Shown here piece after piece: positions 11,914 to 23,700 of a stretch of DNA of 64,000 bases (position 1 is the stretch's first letter; each line of letters starts with the position of its first letter). The position numbers and the translations under genes are program-made. The stretch is from Octopus vulgaris (taxonomy: Eukaryota). The notes below the pieces were generated by a model that ran no database searches, was not told the origin of the DNA, and saw only the letters and a list, made by a program, of their open reading frames with translations. The stretch covers positions 133,486,001-133,550,000 of the forward strand of contig OX597815.1 of assembly GCA_951406725.2 (NCBI GenBank), read 5' to 3'.

Positions 11914-12099
11914 CCTCCCAGGAATAGTGGATGGGTGAATGGATTTTGTCAGATATCCATCCTTCTCGATAGACGTTGTCACCATAGATAGCTGGCAAAG
12001 ATTCATACACATCTCCTCCTCTGTTGCATAACTATATAAAATCCTCATTGAATAGACACCACTTGCCAGGTAAGTTAATACCAGATATAGCGTTATGAG
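11914..12099 (-). pseudogene. candidate 186-nt phase 1-1 (pseudo)exon with one in-frame TAG
   Basis: Acceptor tttcctag|, donor G|GTAAGT. Reads HNAISGINLPGKWCLFNEDFI*LCNRGGDVYESLPAIYGDNVYREGWISDKIHSPIHYSWE(G). Confidence 0.35.
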
Positions 12100-12477
12100 C
12101 TAGGAAATGATATTCAGCAAATTAATAATATTCGTTAGACCGTAAAATTACTGACTCAATTACCTTAATTAAAGTCCATTAGCAACTCACAATCAATCAC
12201 ATTACTAATGAACAAAAGAGGAGCAGTGAAGCACTGTGAGAACATATGATAAATACGTCAATAACATCAATAATCCGATTCAACCGAAACGTATTCGTAT
12301 CGTATTTGAAAAGAAAAAAAAACCTTATATAAACGACACATTAAAACTATTTTGATGATATAAATAAGGGGACTAGAAAGTTCAATACAGAGGACTAGCG
12401 GTTTCATCACGGATTGGGAGTCTTCAGTCAAGCTAGATTCTTTATGTCGAGCACTCTGTTCTACCCTTAGTATAAAT

Positions 12478-13045
12478 GGCGAGCTGGCAGAATCGTTAGC
12501 ACGCCGGGCGAAATGCGTAGCCGTGTTTCGTCTGCCGTTACGTTCTTAGTTCAAATTCCGCCGAGGTCAACTTTGCCTTTCATCCTTTCGGGGTCGATTA
12601 AGTAAGTACCAATTACGCACTGGGGTCGATGTAATCGACTTAATCCGTTTGTCTGTCCTTGTTTGTCACCTCTGTGTTTAGCCCCTTGTGGGTAGTAAAG
12701 AAATAGGTATTTCGAGGTCGACTTTGCCTTTCATCCTTTCGGGGTCGATTAAATAAGTACCAGTTACGCACTGGGGTCGGTGTAATCGACTTAATCCCTT
12801 TGTCTGTCCTTGTTTGTCCCCTCTGTGTTTAGCCCATTGTGGGTAGTAAAGAAATAGGTATTTTGTCTGCCGCTACGTTCTGAGTTCAAATTCCGCCGAG
12901 GTCGACTTTGCCTTTCATCCTTCCCGGGTCGATTAAATAAGTACCAGTTACGCACTGGGGTCGATATAGCCAACTTAATCCGTTTGTCTGTCCTTGTTTG
13001 TCTCCTTTGTGTGTAGCCCGTTGTGGGCAGTAAAGAAATAAGAAT
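12478..13045 (+). mobile_element. SINE family B, one full copy plus two tandem 3' re-iterations
   Basis: The core-plus-tail block occurs three times, joined at gaaataggtattt. Confidence 0.85.
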
Positions 13046-13704
13046 AGGATGGGGAAATAGAAAGAAAATGTGAAGTTACCTTCCAAAAATAAGTCATGCC
13101 CCAAAGAACTTAATATTAGAAACTGTTTTTATTCAGAACCGAAGGATTTCATCAAGAAATCAGACGGAAGATTATATAGTTTGATAACAAGGAACAAATT
13201 CTCGTACGATATCTTAAGTACTAATCTGAAGATAAATAATTATTCCTGGCTCATCACTTTAAATATCGCAACATGCACTTCACTAAATATTTCCAAGTAG
13301 AAAGCACGCTGAGGAAATGTTGCAATCTTATTTAAATTTGCGTGTATCAGTTGTTCTGAGGTCTTGAGATCTGTAAGTCACAAAAAATTTCGGGAGTTCT
13401 TTCCCTTACTACTTTTGAGAATAATCTTAATTAACACTAATAAAGTTTTTTCTCATTACGGTTATAATGAGGAGGTCTAATAACACAGAAACATGTTTGG
13501 AATTGTCACCATAGATAGCTGGCAAAGATTCATGCACATCTCCTCCTCTGTTGCATAACTCCATTTAATTTTCTGCTAATTACAATTTCGAACATTCTTT
13601 ACATTATCCCTTTTTCAGAGAATTTTTCCTTGCGTTTATAATTTAAAACGACTTAAATTATTTCGGTTCACTAACCTAAGTATGGTAACTAGCACTTAAC
13701 TATA

Positions 13705-13943
13705 TCTAATATATAAGGTAGAGATGTGTGTGTATTCGCTTTTCACGCGAAAACGGCTTCACCAATTCTTCCATATTTGTGATGCATGAATAATTTGACC
13801 TCGGACACATGTTAGACTCTTTATTTAATTTTTTTTAAATAAATATTAAAAAAATATCGCTTTTTATTCACGTCTTTGAAAGTTAAAAAAAATATTTACT
13901 TCCGGTTTTCTAGCGTCAGTGACGTAACAAATCTCTCTCTCTC

Positions 13944-14006
<63 letters not shown>

Positions 14007-14720
14007 ATATCCCAAACACTCTCTATTGTTTTCACTTTAATTTTTCAGACGCCATTCTTTCACTTTAACTTCAATCGCTATTGTTTTCACTCGCTATTTA
14101 CAATCGCTATTTACAAACAACGACACATTACCGACAGAAAGAAGTTCACAATTACTGAAGAAAGTAATTTCATAATTTACTGACAGAAATAACTTCATAA
14201 TTTCACTTCAGTCCATACACTTCGTTAAATCTGCCTATAAATTTCTTATTTACTTTTGCAACGTTTGTGTGTGTGTGTGTGTTTTTACGGTATTACTGAT
14301 AAAAGTAAGTTCACTGACAGAGATAACTTCAAAAATTTCACTCAAATCCATACACTTAGTTAATTTCCCTAAAAAATTCTTATTTACTTTTGCAACGGTT
14401 TTGTTTTTCGGTTGTTGATGGGTTTTTTTCCTGCTTCCTTCGATACTGGCTCTTTGGTTCACTGAGTGACAAATTTCACTTCAACCCGTACAATTCTTTA
14501 TTTTCCGTAAAAATTTCTCATTTACTTTCTGCTCGTCGTATTAAGAAACATAATTTCCGTTACCAAGTCATTTTCATTGCTTACTATCTTCTGTACCCGT
14601 GTATTTCTGTACACTTGCGTCAGAAATTAATTAGCACTTCTCAAATTTCTACATTAAATAGGTTAAATCAATTAACCTATGAGCTGTTCAAAACGTCTTA
14701 CGCGATGAGAAAACTTAGTA
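13705..14720 (+). mobile_element. probable non-autonomous Helitron-like element (3' end uncertain)
   Basis: Starts TCTAATATATAAGG-(GT)n-..TTCACGCGAAAACGGCT..CCAATT, typical of Helitron 5' ends. Has an internal (CT)n tract and short internal duplications. Confidence 0.45.
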
Positions 14721-14756
14721 TGGTGTGATTTCGGTCCTTGCGAGGCGCTACCTATA

Positions 14757-15600
14757 TCTATTAAACAAAGGAAGATTTGTCTGCATCCGCACTCCAAGTT
14801 GTTGTTGCACTGCTATGTCAACATCATAAGGCTGTAGACTCTCAAACTGCTCTGCAAACAAAGTTACGTCATCGTTCTGCGCAACAGTGAACTCGCAACA
14901 AAGCAATAGTTCGAGATATGGCCACTAGGTGACAGCACATACCTTGAGTGAAGAGCAAATCAAGGGTGCTAATTAATTTCTGACCGTAGTGTATACGTAT
15001 ATAACCATATCTAGAAGGAAAGTATCAAATTTGTCTGCAATGTCAAGGTCAGCCAAAAGAATGTCTTTGTCCGGGAAAAGAGAGATATCTGCAGAAAGGG
15101 AAGCACGCTAAGAAAAGAACAGACTGTTCACTACAAAAGCCAGAGAATCTCAAAGTGATGAAACAGAGGTATGCACGGCTGACAAGGAATAGGATCTCCA
15201 CTGTAGAACGAAGAGTAGTTGCAACAGCTCAGAGAAGCAACATCTATGAAACAGCTTTCAACTATGATCCGGTAGTTCATTATGCAGATGACACTTGAGT
15301 TTCCATTGGTACAATGACAACTGAGTGCATACGTTGTAAAGCAAGGAAGCGGCCTGGAGAGACACCTGCACTGTGCTACAGTGTTGGAAAGGTTAAACTC
15401 CCTGCAATCCCAACCCTCTCGACCTATTGAAGAAACTGTTGTCATCAACTGACCAAGATTCCAAGCACTTCCAATACAAATTAGGCAATACAACGCTGCA
15501 CTACAGATGACATCATTTGGAGTCACAAGATGAGCCAAGATTCATGCAAACTTTCAAGATCCAAGGTCAGATTTATCATCGGATTGGCTCTCTACTATCT
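14757..15600 (+). mobile_element. Helitron 5' fragment with decayed Rep N-terminal coding region (~15040-15600)
   Basis: AFNYDP..Y...IGTMTTECIRCKARKRPGETPALCYSVGKVKLP, SKHFQYKIRQYNAALQMTSFG and FMQTFKIQGQIYHRIGSLL. Confidence 0.85.
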
Positions 15601-16392
15601 CTGTCTACTACCTTTCATTGCTTATAATCTGTACCTGTTTTTTGGTTACGAAATGAGCTAGACAAAATGTGTTTTTGAATTACTTGTAGTTACTCTATAT
15701 ACATATATGAGTTGGAAACTTTCTTTTAACATTTCACTTAACGTCTATGTTCCATGCTGGCATGGGCTGGTGAGTTACTAATATGGAAAGTTGGTATTTC
15801 AGCTACTAGCAGTTGAAACCTGCGTAATCTAGACCGCTTTTTTAAATTTCATTTTCTTTAACAGCCTGTCTGTTTATGATTGAGTGACTAAGAAGTCATC
15901 CGTTATATTAATGTGATACAAAGGCAGTTGTTAGTTTATTCAGTAAAACGTCCATAGCGTGGATACGACATTAAATTTGCTGAGTCACACAACATACAAC
16001 GGAAACGTTCGATTCCAGTAAGAGTATCTGCTCTCTTCCTTCTGTCTTAATCCGAACTTGTAAAGGTCTTACTATATATGAAATCAAGGATACATCATAT
16101 AGGAAACGAACAAAATATATAGTTCTAAAAAGGAAGATAAAAATAGTAGGGTGTTGAAAACAGAATTTGTATTTAAAGAGAGGATTCATAATTTCATTGA
16201 TTGAAATAACATGATAGAGAAGTGTACAGAAATACAAAAAGAACGAAAAATCTATTAAAATAAAAGAAACAGAAAATTTTCAACAAAAATGAGCGCTAAT
16301 CACGAATGTGAACTTCAAGTTCTGATTTTTTGACTAGCAAGTTTTTCGTTTGAAATTTTGAATTGAAAAATATGAGATGTTTTCGTAAATTG

Positions 16393-16393
<1 letters not shown>

Positions 16394-16480
<87 letters not shown>
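16394..16480. repeat. (AGAT)n microsatellite
   Basis: Read directly. Confidence 0.95.
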
Positions 16481-16941
16481 GATAGATATAGACAGAGAGA
16501 GATTCATAGGGAACGAAAGAGAGATGGATAGTGAGTGAGTGAGAGAGAGAGAGAGAGAGAGAAGAGAGAGAAAGAAAGAGGAGAGAGATGGTGTGAGGTG
16601 GGCTGAGGTGTTAGAAAATCGCATTGAAAAGAAAAAGACTGGAATCGAATCGACGGAAAAAAAGAAAATATTTCCTGATCAATAAAGTCAGCAAATAGTA
16701 CTGAATTTCAGTTCTCCACTTCACTTCTCCCCACACACATAATTCATATTTCAGCAATATGAAATATGAGAAAAAATAAAAATTCCGTGTTATTAATATG
16801 AATAAAAAAAAAAAAAAAAGACTGCAGGAAAAAATTGTCTCGGAAAATTAAAATTCTAAATTCGTATCCATCCAAGGTTCTTCGGTTTAAGTCGTGAAAT
16901 TAAAAATAAAAATGTTTTCTTAAGAAAGAAAATATGGTATG

Positions 16942-16998
<57 letters not shown>

Positions 16999-17054
16999 AC
17001 ATTTCCTGTGATAATGTTTTCAATGTTCTTTAAAAACTGATCGAGTTTCTCTAT

Positions 17055-17190
17055 GTTAATTAGCACGTGTTGCTCAGGTGACGTAATTCTGATGTCATGG
17101 AAGCAGGTGAGGTTGTCTGAGCGAGGAGGCATCACTCCACCATTGAACGTTTACACGACTCAGGTGCTCGATTCAATCATGTCACGTTTA
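17055..17190. promoter_or_regulatory. candidate cis-regulatory module
   Basis: TAATTA, CACGTG (17064), CAGGTG x3 (17075, 17104, 17161), TGACGTAA (17079) and TGATGTCA (17090) in unique sequence between microsatellites. Confidence 0.3.
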
Positions 17191-17334
17191 GTACAGCTTT
17201 TCCAATCTTCATTTCCTTTCTTTCTTTTTCTCTTCCTTCCTTTCTTTCATTCTTTCTCTCCCTCTCACACACTCTCTCTCTCAAACACACTCTCTTCCCC
17301 CTCTCACTTACTCTCTCTCACACACACACACACG

Positions 17335-17405
<71 letters not shown>

Positions 17406-17596
17406 TCTCTCTCTCTCTCTGCCCCCTCTGCCCCCATCAGTATGTCTAACTTTCTCTTTTTTCTCCTTTCCGCCACGCATCTTCTGTCAATACAAACCTG
17501 CTAACGGATACGCGATCTCTGCTTGTTTTGTTGTTTGTGGATATTATAACGCTTAATAATGTTTGACATACATATACATCAAAACACACACACACC

Positions 17597-17630
<34 letters not shown>

Positions 17631-17837
17631 CATACGCACACACGCACGTACGCACGCACGCACACACGTCAACATACTCATAAAAATGTACACCTATTCA
17701 TGGATGTTCATAGTATAATCACGTATATCAGTATGCATGCATACTTTCACACGCGCGCGAACACACATATGCACTCATAAACTACAATTTGAAAATAAAA
17801 TAATGCGCTTATATTTTTAAGAAATGCATGTATGCAT

Positions 17838-18060
17838 TAGTTTCAAATTTTGTTACAAGGCTAGTAATCTCGGCGGAGACGAGGATAAGTCGATTACATC
17901 GACTCCAGTATCCAACTGGTACTTATTTTATTTTATCGACTCCAAAAGTACGAAAGACAAAGTCGAACTTGGCAGCATTTGAACACAGAAAATAAAACGG
18001 ACGAAATGTCGCTAAGCCTTTTGCCCAGCGCGGTAACGATTCTATCAGCTCGCCGTCTTA
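17838..18060 (-). mobile_element. SINE family B, diverged
   Basis: Matches the family B core in reverse. Confidence 0.75.
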
Positions 18061-19360
18061 CTCACCGCTCCATATATTGGCTAGTATTGCGCGCGCGCAC
18101 ACACACACATTCACGTACGTATATGTAAGTGTTTATTATACCAAAAATTGACAACTGCCGTCCACTTTACCCATCGGATAACGATTGTACTTAGAAAGAA
18201 CATATGTTAACTAACATACCATATCATCAAACATGGGGGCTGCTTTACTGATTGATAGAAAATGGAGCGTCAAAATGACGGGAGAAACCATTGATAAATG
18301 TCTGCTATCGAGTAAATATATGTACATACACAGAACTGAAGCACTTTAACGAATACGGTTTTAACGTCCCGACTGAAAATATCGTACACACACACACTCA
18401 CATACATACACATACGTTTATATATGTGTGTGTGTGTGTGTGTGAAATATCCCGTTTTCTATGGTTACATGGGTTAGGCAGGCTTTGTACTGTTGGATGT
18501 CCTTCCTGTCGCTAACCCGCACCTGTTTTCAAGTAGGGTAATATTTCACCATGACCAAACATGTTTTCATGTAAGACTGGATACAAAGGATACCGCTTAG
18601 ATGACAGTGACACTTGCTTACAACTATCACGAGATGTCAAGGCAAGGAAACAATAAAACAAACACGCATACACACATACATATTTATATAATAGGCTCCT
18701 TTCAGTTTCCGTTTATCAAATCTACACACAAGGCTTTGGTCGGCTCTGGGCTATTGTAGAAGACGTTTGCACAAGGGACTCATTCAAGTGTGTGTACTCA
18801 TACATACACACACATAGTTATATATACATATATGCATGTGCATTGCATACATATGTGTATATATGCGAGCGTGCATGTTTGTTTACATTTCAGAGAAAGA
18901 TTGCTGAAATCGGTGTTGTCGACAGCTTGACGTTGGGAATGTGTAAAGTATCTTATGCTTTACTAGGAAAAACAAATAAGGGCTAGTGTCAGGAAGGGCG
19001 ATCATGGAAAACGAATAAACACGAAAGAAAGAATATATATATATATATAAATGTATGTATGTATGTGTATATATATATATATATATATAAAAATACAAAA
19101 TGGGGCAAAACATCCAAACAGGTGATACAAAATAAGGGACAACAAAACACCCAGATGGACGATACAAAGGAAACAAGGACGGGTCACTCGGAGTTTTCTT
19201 TCCTCGGTCGAGTTCCGGATTATCTTTGCAATTTCGGCCGGTTATACACGAGATTACTCCAATCTGGCCAGCCCCAAGGAAAAACTAAGCTAAGAGCATT
19301 AGATTCCTTGGAAGAAAGCAGCGAATGTATACGAAAACAAGGACGAAAAGAAAACGGAGA

Positions 19361-19434
<74 letters not shown>

Positions 19435-19562
19435 CGGGAAGCTTTATGAAAATAGACAAAAGACGAAGGCAGGTTTACGGAAATAAACAAAAGACGAAGG
19501 CAGGTGGAATACAAACAAACAATTGTATTAGTATGGCGCTCAGGAAATATAAATAAAACAAG

Positions 19563-19600
19563 TCTTTAACGTTTCGAACCTACGCTCTTCAACAGAAAGA
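19563..19600 (-). ncRNA. minimal type-I hammerhead motif of the PLE pLTR (core variant CTGTTGA)
   Basis: tcttt-CTGTTGA-a-gagc-gtag-gttc-GAAA-cg-TT-aaaga. Stem I is a perfect 5 bp. Confidence 0.65.
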
Positions 19601-20229
19601 TACACAGAGAAGAAACACAGAAAGAAGGAGAGAAAAAAATGCGTGCAGAGGCTAGCGAATCAACATGGCGATCTGATTTCGGCCAGAAGTCAAAGATCAA
19701 ACGTGAGACGCAAGAGCGAAATTAGGGGAGATAATAGGGTTAAATGACCTCGCTCCAAATTAAGAGTGTGTGTGTGTGTATGAGAAGAGTGTGTGTGTGT
19801 GTGTATGAGAGAGTATTAGTGCGTATGAGAGGTCTGGACGTGTGTATGTATATATGATGTGATGTGTAAAGTCGTATGGTGTAGTGTAGAGAGAGGAGAT
19901 GAGGGAAGAGGGGGAGGGAGTGAGGGGGGAGAGAAAGAAAGGGGAGAAGGAAAGGGGAGAAGAGGAGGGGGAAGGGGGAGAAAGAAGGAGAGGAGAAGAG
20001 GAGGGAGGATAGAGGGAGAGAAGGGGAGTGAGGGAGCAGAGAGAAAGAGGGAAGAGGGAAGAAGGAGGGAGGGAGAAAGAGGGAAGAAGAGAAGAGGAGT
20101 AGGGGTGAAAAGATGAAGGACTGAAGAGAAGTGAAGAAGGGTAGGGAAGAAGGGAAGAGGAGTAGGGGTGAAAGGATGAAGGACTGAAGAGAAGTAGGGG
20201 TCGGGGGGTAGCTTAGATGAGGAGGGGGG

Positions 20230-20442
20230 TTAGATGAGGAGGTGGGGAGAGTTGAGACCAAATGGCGTATAAGAGCGAAGAGAGAAGATTAATTCCTGTT
20301 CACGGCGCAAACGGGAATCCGGATGGCCTCTGTGCAAGGACAAACCGAACACAGACAGGTGTTGCAAGGAGTGACAGGTGGAGCGGAAATAGCGTGAGAC
20401 CGGTGTGTCGTTCGCAAGGCGGATGTCACGGAGGTGTTCCGC
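20230..20442 (-). pseudogene. PLE GIY-YIG endonuclease C-terminal 70 aa (open frame, no start, absent from ORF track)
   Basis: AEHLRDIRLANDTPVSRYFRSTCHSLQHLSVFGLSLHRGHPDSRLRREQELIFSLRSYTPFGLNSPHLLI*. Matches the EH..DI..PV..HF..H....R..E..IF.L....P.GLN pattern. Confidence 0.85.
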
Positions 20443-20862
20443 GATATATATATATATCCTCTTGTGTTGTTAAATTTTTGATATGTTTGTGTGTGTGTTT
20501 ATGTATATATATGTATATGCATGTATGTTTATATATTTAAATATATGTATGCATGTATGTATGTATGTATATGTGTGTGTGTGCGTGTGTGTGTGTGTAT
20601 ATTTATACAATATGTTAAGTGAACGATTGTGTGCGTATGTCTGAGAGAAAGAAAGAGAGGAGAGAGAGGGAGAGAAAGAGGGAGAGAGAGAAATATATTT
20701 AATAATAAAAATTTTGATTAAAATACCAGCTACTGGAGAGCAAAACCTCTTACTACAGTTCTCCTACATCTGTTGTTTTAGTTTCCCTCTATCAACGTGA
20801 TCGACACACACTCACACACACACACACACATCAAAATAAGCAACAAGGATATCCAGAAGTAA

Positions 20863-20954
20863 TGCAGTACGGTCGTTTCATGCGACTCCATTTAATTGAA
20901 CAATGCAATCATTTCATTATATCAGTTTAAAATGTAGAGCAATCTTCAGCTGCA
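20863..20954 (-). ncRNA. type-I hammerhead ribozyme
   Basis: tgcag-CTGAAGA-ttgc...gcat-GAAA-c-gacc-g-TA-ctgca. Confidence 0.75.
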
Positions 20955-21195
20955 CAAAGACATAGAATTTAATTAAATTAGAAGGACACATTAATATAAT
21001 TTTACCCAAAATCTCCAAGAGGTTAAGGAGATAGACAAAGAACATGTTTTACCAACAACATTCTATTTGAAACTCAGTTACAACTAGAATGTTGTTGGTA
21101 AAACATGTTCTTTGTCTATCTCCTTAACCTCTTGGAGATTTTAGGTAAAATTATATTAATGTGTCCTTCTAATTTAATTAAATTCTATGTCTTTG

Positions 21196-21274
21196 TGCAG
21201 CTGAAGATTGCTCTACATTCTAAAATGATTGCATTGTTCAATGAAATGGAGTCGCACGAAACGATCGTACTGCA
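21196..21274 (+). ncRNA. type-I hammerhead ribozyme, predicted cleavage after GUA (21269)
   Basis: tgcag-CTGAAGA-ttgc...gcac-GAAA-c-gatc-g-TA-ctgca. Canonical core, 5-bp stem I, palindromic stem III ACGATCGT. Confidence 0.8.
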
Positions 21275-21410
21275 TTACCTCTGGATATCCTTGTTGCTTA
21301 TTTTGATTTTAATCACCTTATTTTGAAATTGTATGGATAATACCGTACTAAATTGTGGTGCCTCAACATAAGTTCCAATAGTCATCTGAATCTAAATTTT
21401 TACTGAACTC

Positions 21411-21443
<33 letters not shown>

Positions 21444-21537
21444 CGCGTGTATATAAAACATATATCTATGTTGAAAAGAAGAAAATGGAGATTGGGAAGT
21501 TAATAATTATTTATTATTAGCAGCAAATTCTTCATCT

Positions 21538-21618
21538 TCACTTACAGCCATTTCTATTAATACTCAATAAATATTAAAGTTACAGTTATGCGATATGAGC
21601 ATAATTTCATCAGAGGAT
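21538..21618 (-). ncRNA. decayed hammerhead motif
   Basis: CTGATGA-aattatgc..gcataa...aata-GAAA-tggctg-TA-ag. Stems I and III are partly broken. Confidence 0.45.
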
Positions 21619-21744
21619 AAAAGATGTACTTTTGGATGCTATGTTTGTGAATTCTATTTAGCAGACGTGTGCGCGTGCGCGCTTGTGTGTGTAATTGAAT
21701 AAGTTGTAGTCAACGAGAAGAAATACAATGAACATTTATTTGTA

Positions 21745-21848
21745 ATCACTACAATTGTTTCCACGCAACCTTAGTTCTCCAGGTCCACAGGTATTTGGTT
21801 ATGTAACCGTTTCCCTGCGTTATGAGATCTTGTGTTTCATCAGGCGAT
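21745..21848 (-). ncRNA. type-I hammerhead ribozyme with long stem II
   Basis: atcgc-CTGATGA-aacac...gcgtg-GAAA-c-aatt-g-TA-gtgat. Stem I has one G-U pair and stem III is the palindrome ACAATTGT. Confidence 0.7.
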
Positions 21849-21985
21849 GTATAAATATAGTTTCTGTTTTCCATAAACTGAAATTTTCGGCTTCAGTAGT
21901 ATAAAACTGCTGTTTGATAGCATTGGCTGAAATCTGAAGGTGGACGAGCTTTATACTGTACTCTACTACGTTCTTAATAGAATAT

Positions 21986-22092
<107 letters not shown>

Positions 22093-22390
22093 TGCAATTA
22101 GAAACAAGTATGACATGTAAGTATAACTCCCACTGACCTTGTCTTATACTATACGTTGTATCTCAAGATTTCTAAATTGCATCGATAGGTGAATATGTCT
22201 TTGCGATGACACATCAAACAGAATGGTGTCAGATTGAGCTAAGGATGTATCGGAGTAACCACGAGGGACCTAACAATCCCAAATGGGGAAAAAAAAAACC
22301 AATAATATTTTCTTTTTACACGTACATGTTTCGCGTAAAGAATTTTGAACGTCGATTTGCACAAGCGCACACACTCACATACACACACAC

Positions 22391-22442
<52 letters not shown>

Positions 22443-22599
22443 TCTCTCTGTCTTCTTGGTTCTGCTATCTATATTCATCCATTTTCTCTTTCTATCCATT
22501 GGATGGTTGGATGAGTGTGCGTAAGCTGTTGCTTCTTTGTCAGAATCGAAAATTTGCCCCAATATCATTTGCTATATTTTGAAGTGGGTGTGGAACCAA

Positions 22600-23277
22600 A
22601 ATCAATTCCTAGTTATCAATGAAAACGGCTTCCTTCCTTCTTTTCTTTTCTTTCTCTATCGTTTCGTGAATGAATTGCGTTCCTAGCTGCTAGTTGATAG
22701 TGGCAGGCAGCGGTAGCTTAGAGGTGAATGTTTCGTCTTTAAAACAGTGAGTGATTACTTAAGAGAATCGAAGGAAGGTGTTTAGATATAAGGGTGCAGT
22801 GAGAGAGAGAGAGAGAAAGAAAAGCGAGAGAGGGGAAAGAGAAAAGGGGAAGGAGAGAGAAACGAGGAGAAGCAAAAGAAAGGCAGAGAGCGAGAGAAAA
22901 TAGAAGATATATAGCTAAATAGATATATGGCTCAAATAAGAAAGATTGATACATAAAGTAGACGAAGAGTATCGGGCAGAGGGATACACAGATAGATCAA
23001 TGAAGAGAGGAAGAGTAAATGAATGGCTAGGTTGTATGTGACCTGTCGGTATAACGTGTATTTCATGTTAGCAGCAACACCGTGTGAGAGAGAGAGAGAG
23101 AGAGAGAGAAGGAAAGAGGAAAAGAGAGAGAGAGATTGAGATTTTCATGTTACCTTCCTCTTGCTACTGCCTTCTTCACCTGTTTCTCTATTGTCAGCCC
23201 TGCCATCCGAGACAGTGTGAGAGAGAGAGGGAGGGAAGAAGATAGAGAGAGAATATAGAAAGAGAGAGAGAGAGAGG

Positions 23278-23317
<40 letters not shown>

Positions 23318-23650
23318 AGAAAGAGAGACTAGTAGTGACGACACCAGTAAGAGAGATAACAACAGCCGAGAGTGGAAAGCGAAGCACAATAATCCGTTTT
23401 AATTCGAGTCGGTCTTGTTAAAAGAGAACTGTCTAGTTGAAGGTTTGCTGACCCTCTCACCCGAAGAAAAACAAAAACTCCAACCGCTGTTCACCATATA
23501 AAAGCTGGACTTTATGGTAGAAATTACAGTTATTAAAAAGGAAACAAAACGAAGGAAGGATAACAACTTGTTAATGATTTCTTAGGTGATTGATTATTTA
23601 CTCGAAACTGGAGGGATAAGATTGCGTGCGTGTGTGCGTGTGTATATATG

Positions 23651-23700
<50 letters not shown>

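Larger units (their letters stand above)
19432..20443 (-). mobile_element. 5'-truncated Penelope-like element flanked by (TA)n on both sides
   Basis: GIY-YIG C-terminal coding stretch, then a pyrimidine-rich spacer, a hammerhead motif and a pLTR-like tail. (TA)n lies at 19360-19432 and 20444-20457. Confidence 0.85.
20830..21307. mobile_element. inverted pair of PLE pLTR-like repeats (arms ~230 bp, spacer ~19 bp)
   Basis: 20830-21065 is the reverse complement of 21085-21307, with few substitutions and one ~13 nt indel. Second copy of the family at 51422-51812. Confidence 0.9.

Noticed and set aside
11673-12048. poly-Val and poly-Leu ORFs
   Set aside because: Produced by the (TAG)n microsatellite.
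12388-12432. CTGAAGA...GAAAC on the minus strand as a hammerhead
   Set aside because: Stems I and II do not pair convincingly; at best a decayed copy.
19740-20261. 173-aa Pro/Ser/Leu ORF and opposite Gly/Glu/Arg ORF
   Set aside because: Low-complexity CT/GA spacer of the PLE. The meaningful frame is 20442-20230.
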